From Oscillospiraceae bacterium (lineage in GTDB: Bacteria > Bacillota > Clostridia > WRLR01), in contig WRLR01000006.1 in NCBI GenBank assembly GCA_009777515.1, positions 1,719 to 65,718 on the forward strand: a stretch of 64,000 nt of DNA, in the 5' to 3' direction. Position 1 is the stretch's first letter, and each line of letters starts with the position of its first letter. The notes under the pieces were generated by a model. The model was not told the origin of the DNA and ran no database searches. It saw only the letters and a list, made by a program, of their open reading frames with translations. Below are positions 63,795-64,000 of the stretch, one piece after another. The position numbers were made by a program, and so were the translations under genes.

Positions 63795-64000
63795 ATAACG
63801 TTAAACGAGACATATGCGCCATACGCGCCATACGCGCCCGCGCAAACCAAGTATTGGTACTGGCTGGGCGCCCTTACGGGTGTCGGCCCGGCCTGCGCGA
63901 ACAAACTGATCGCAGTCTTTGGGAACGCATACGAAGTATTCAGGCAGCCCGCCGAGGAGCTGATGAAGCTCGATTTTATGAGTCCGCGCCTGGCGGGGAA
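63795..64000 (+). CDS. dprA: DNA-processing protein DprA, N-terminal part (runs off the window; start codon unclear)
   Basis: The frame open from 63759 reads ..YAPYAPYAPAQTKYWYWLGALTGVGPACANKLIAVFGNAYEVFRQPAEELMKL, a typical DprA N-terminal helical domain, directly after comM. There is no in-frame ATG/GTG/TTG before this motif. ATA 63795 is a guess. Confidence 0.55.
   Translation, partial: MTLNETYAPYAPYAPAQTKYWYWLGALTGVGPACANKLIAVFGNAYEVFRQPAEELMKLDFMSPRLAG

Overview
This is a 64-kb chromosomal segment from what looks like a GC-rich anaerobic Firmicute of the Clostridia type. That reading rests on gene content: membrane pyrophosphatase hppA, a HydABC-type [FeFe] hydrogenase operon, gatC/gatAB, the minus-strand run relA-dtd-hemZ-rimO-pgsA, and ftsQ-ftsA-ftsZ-nrdR-comM-dprA. 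Most of the window is housekeeping: glnN type III, hisH/hisF, argG/argH, large purL, galE, aldo/keto reductases and a DeoR regulator. Two patches are visibly AT-richer and look accessory. The first is 1-2.5 kb, with a UPF0158-like gene and a SWIM zinc-finger gene broken by one in-frame TAG. The second is about 47.1-51.6 kb, with an IS carrying a perfect-consensus, apparently leaderless promoter inserted into a decayed AAA-type ATPase gene, plus a TIGR04076-GNAT fusion. The best candidate for something undescribed is an orphan, self-promoted three-gene operon of TadE/TadG-like pseudopilin-type proteins (42.4-47.2 kb). No pilin, prepilin peptidase, ATPase or platform genes are nearby, and its last protein ends in an unassigned globular domain. 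Other observations: REP-like intergenic hairpins with a GTAG/CTAC head; G/A/S-rich low-complexity insertions and in-frame tandem repeats inside many conserved enzymes; a relic hppA fragment just downstream of the intact hppA; gatC separated from gatAB by argG-argH-purL; a CofE-like/hisH/hisF module without hisA; an ECF-type sigma factor with a 992-aa VWA-containing anti-sigma candidate; and likely non-canonical start codons for rimO and dprA. I found no rRNA, tRNA or CRISPR array. All family assignments come from motif recognition by eye and need profile searches to confirm.
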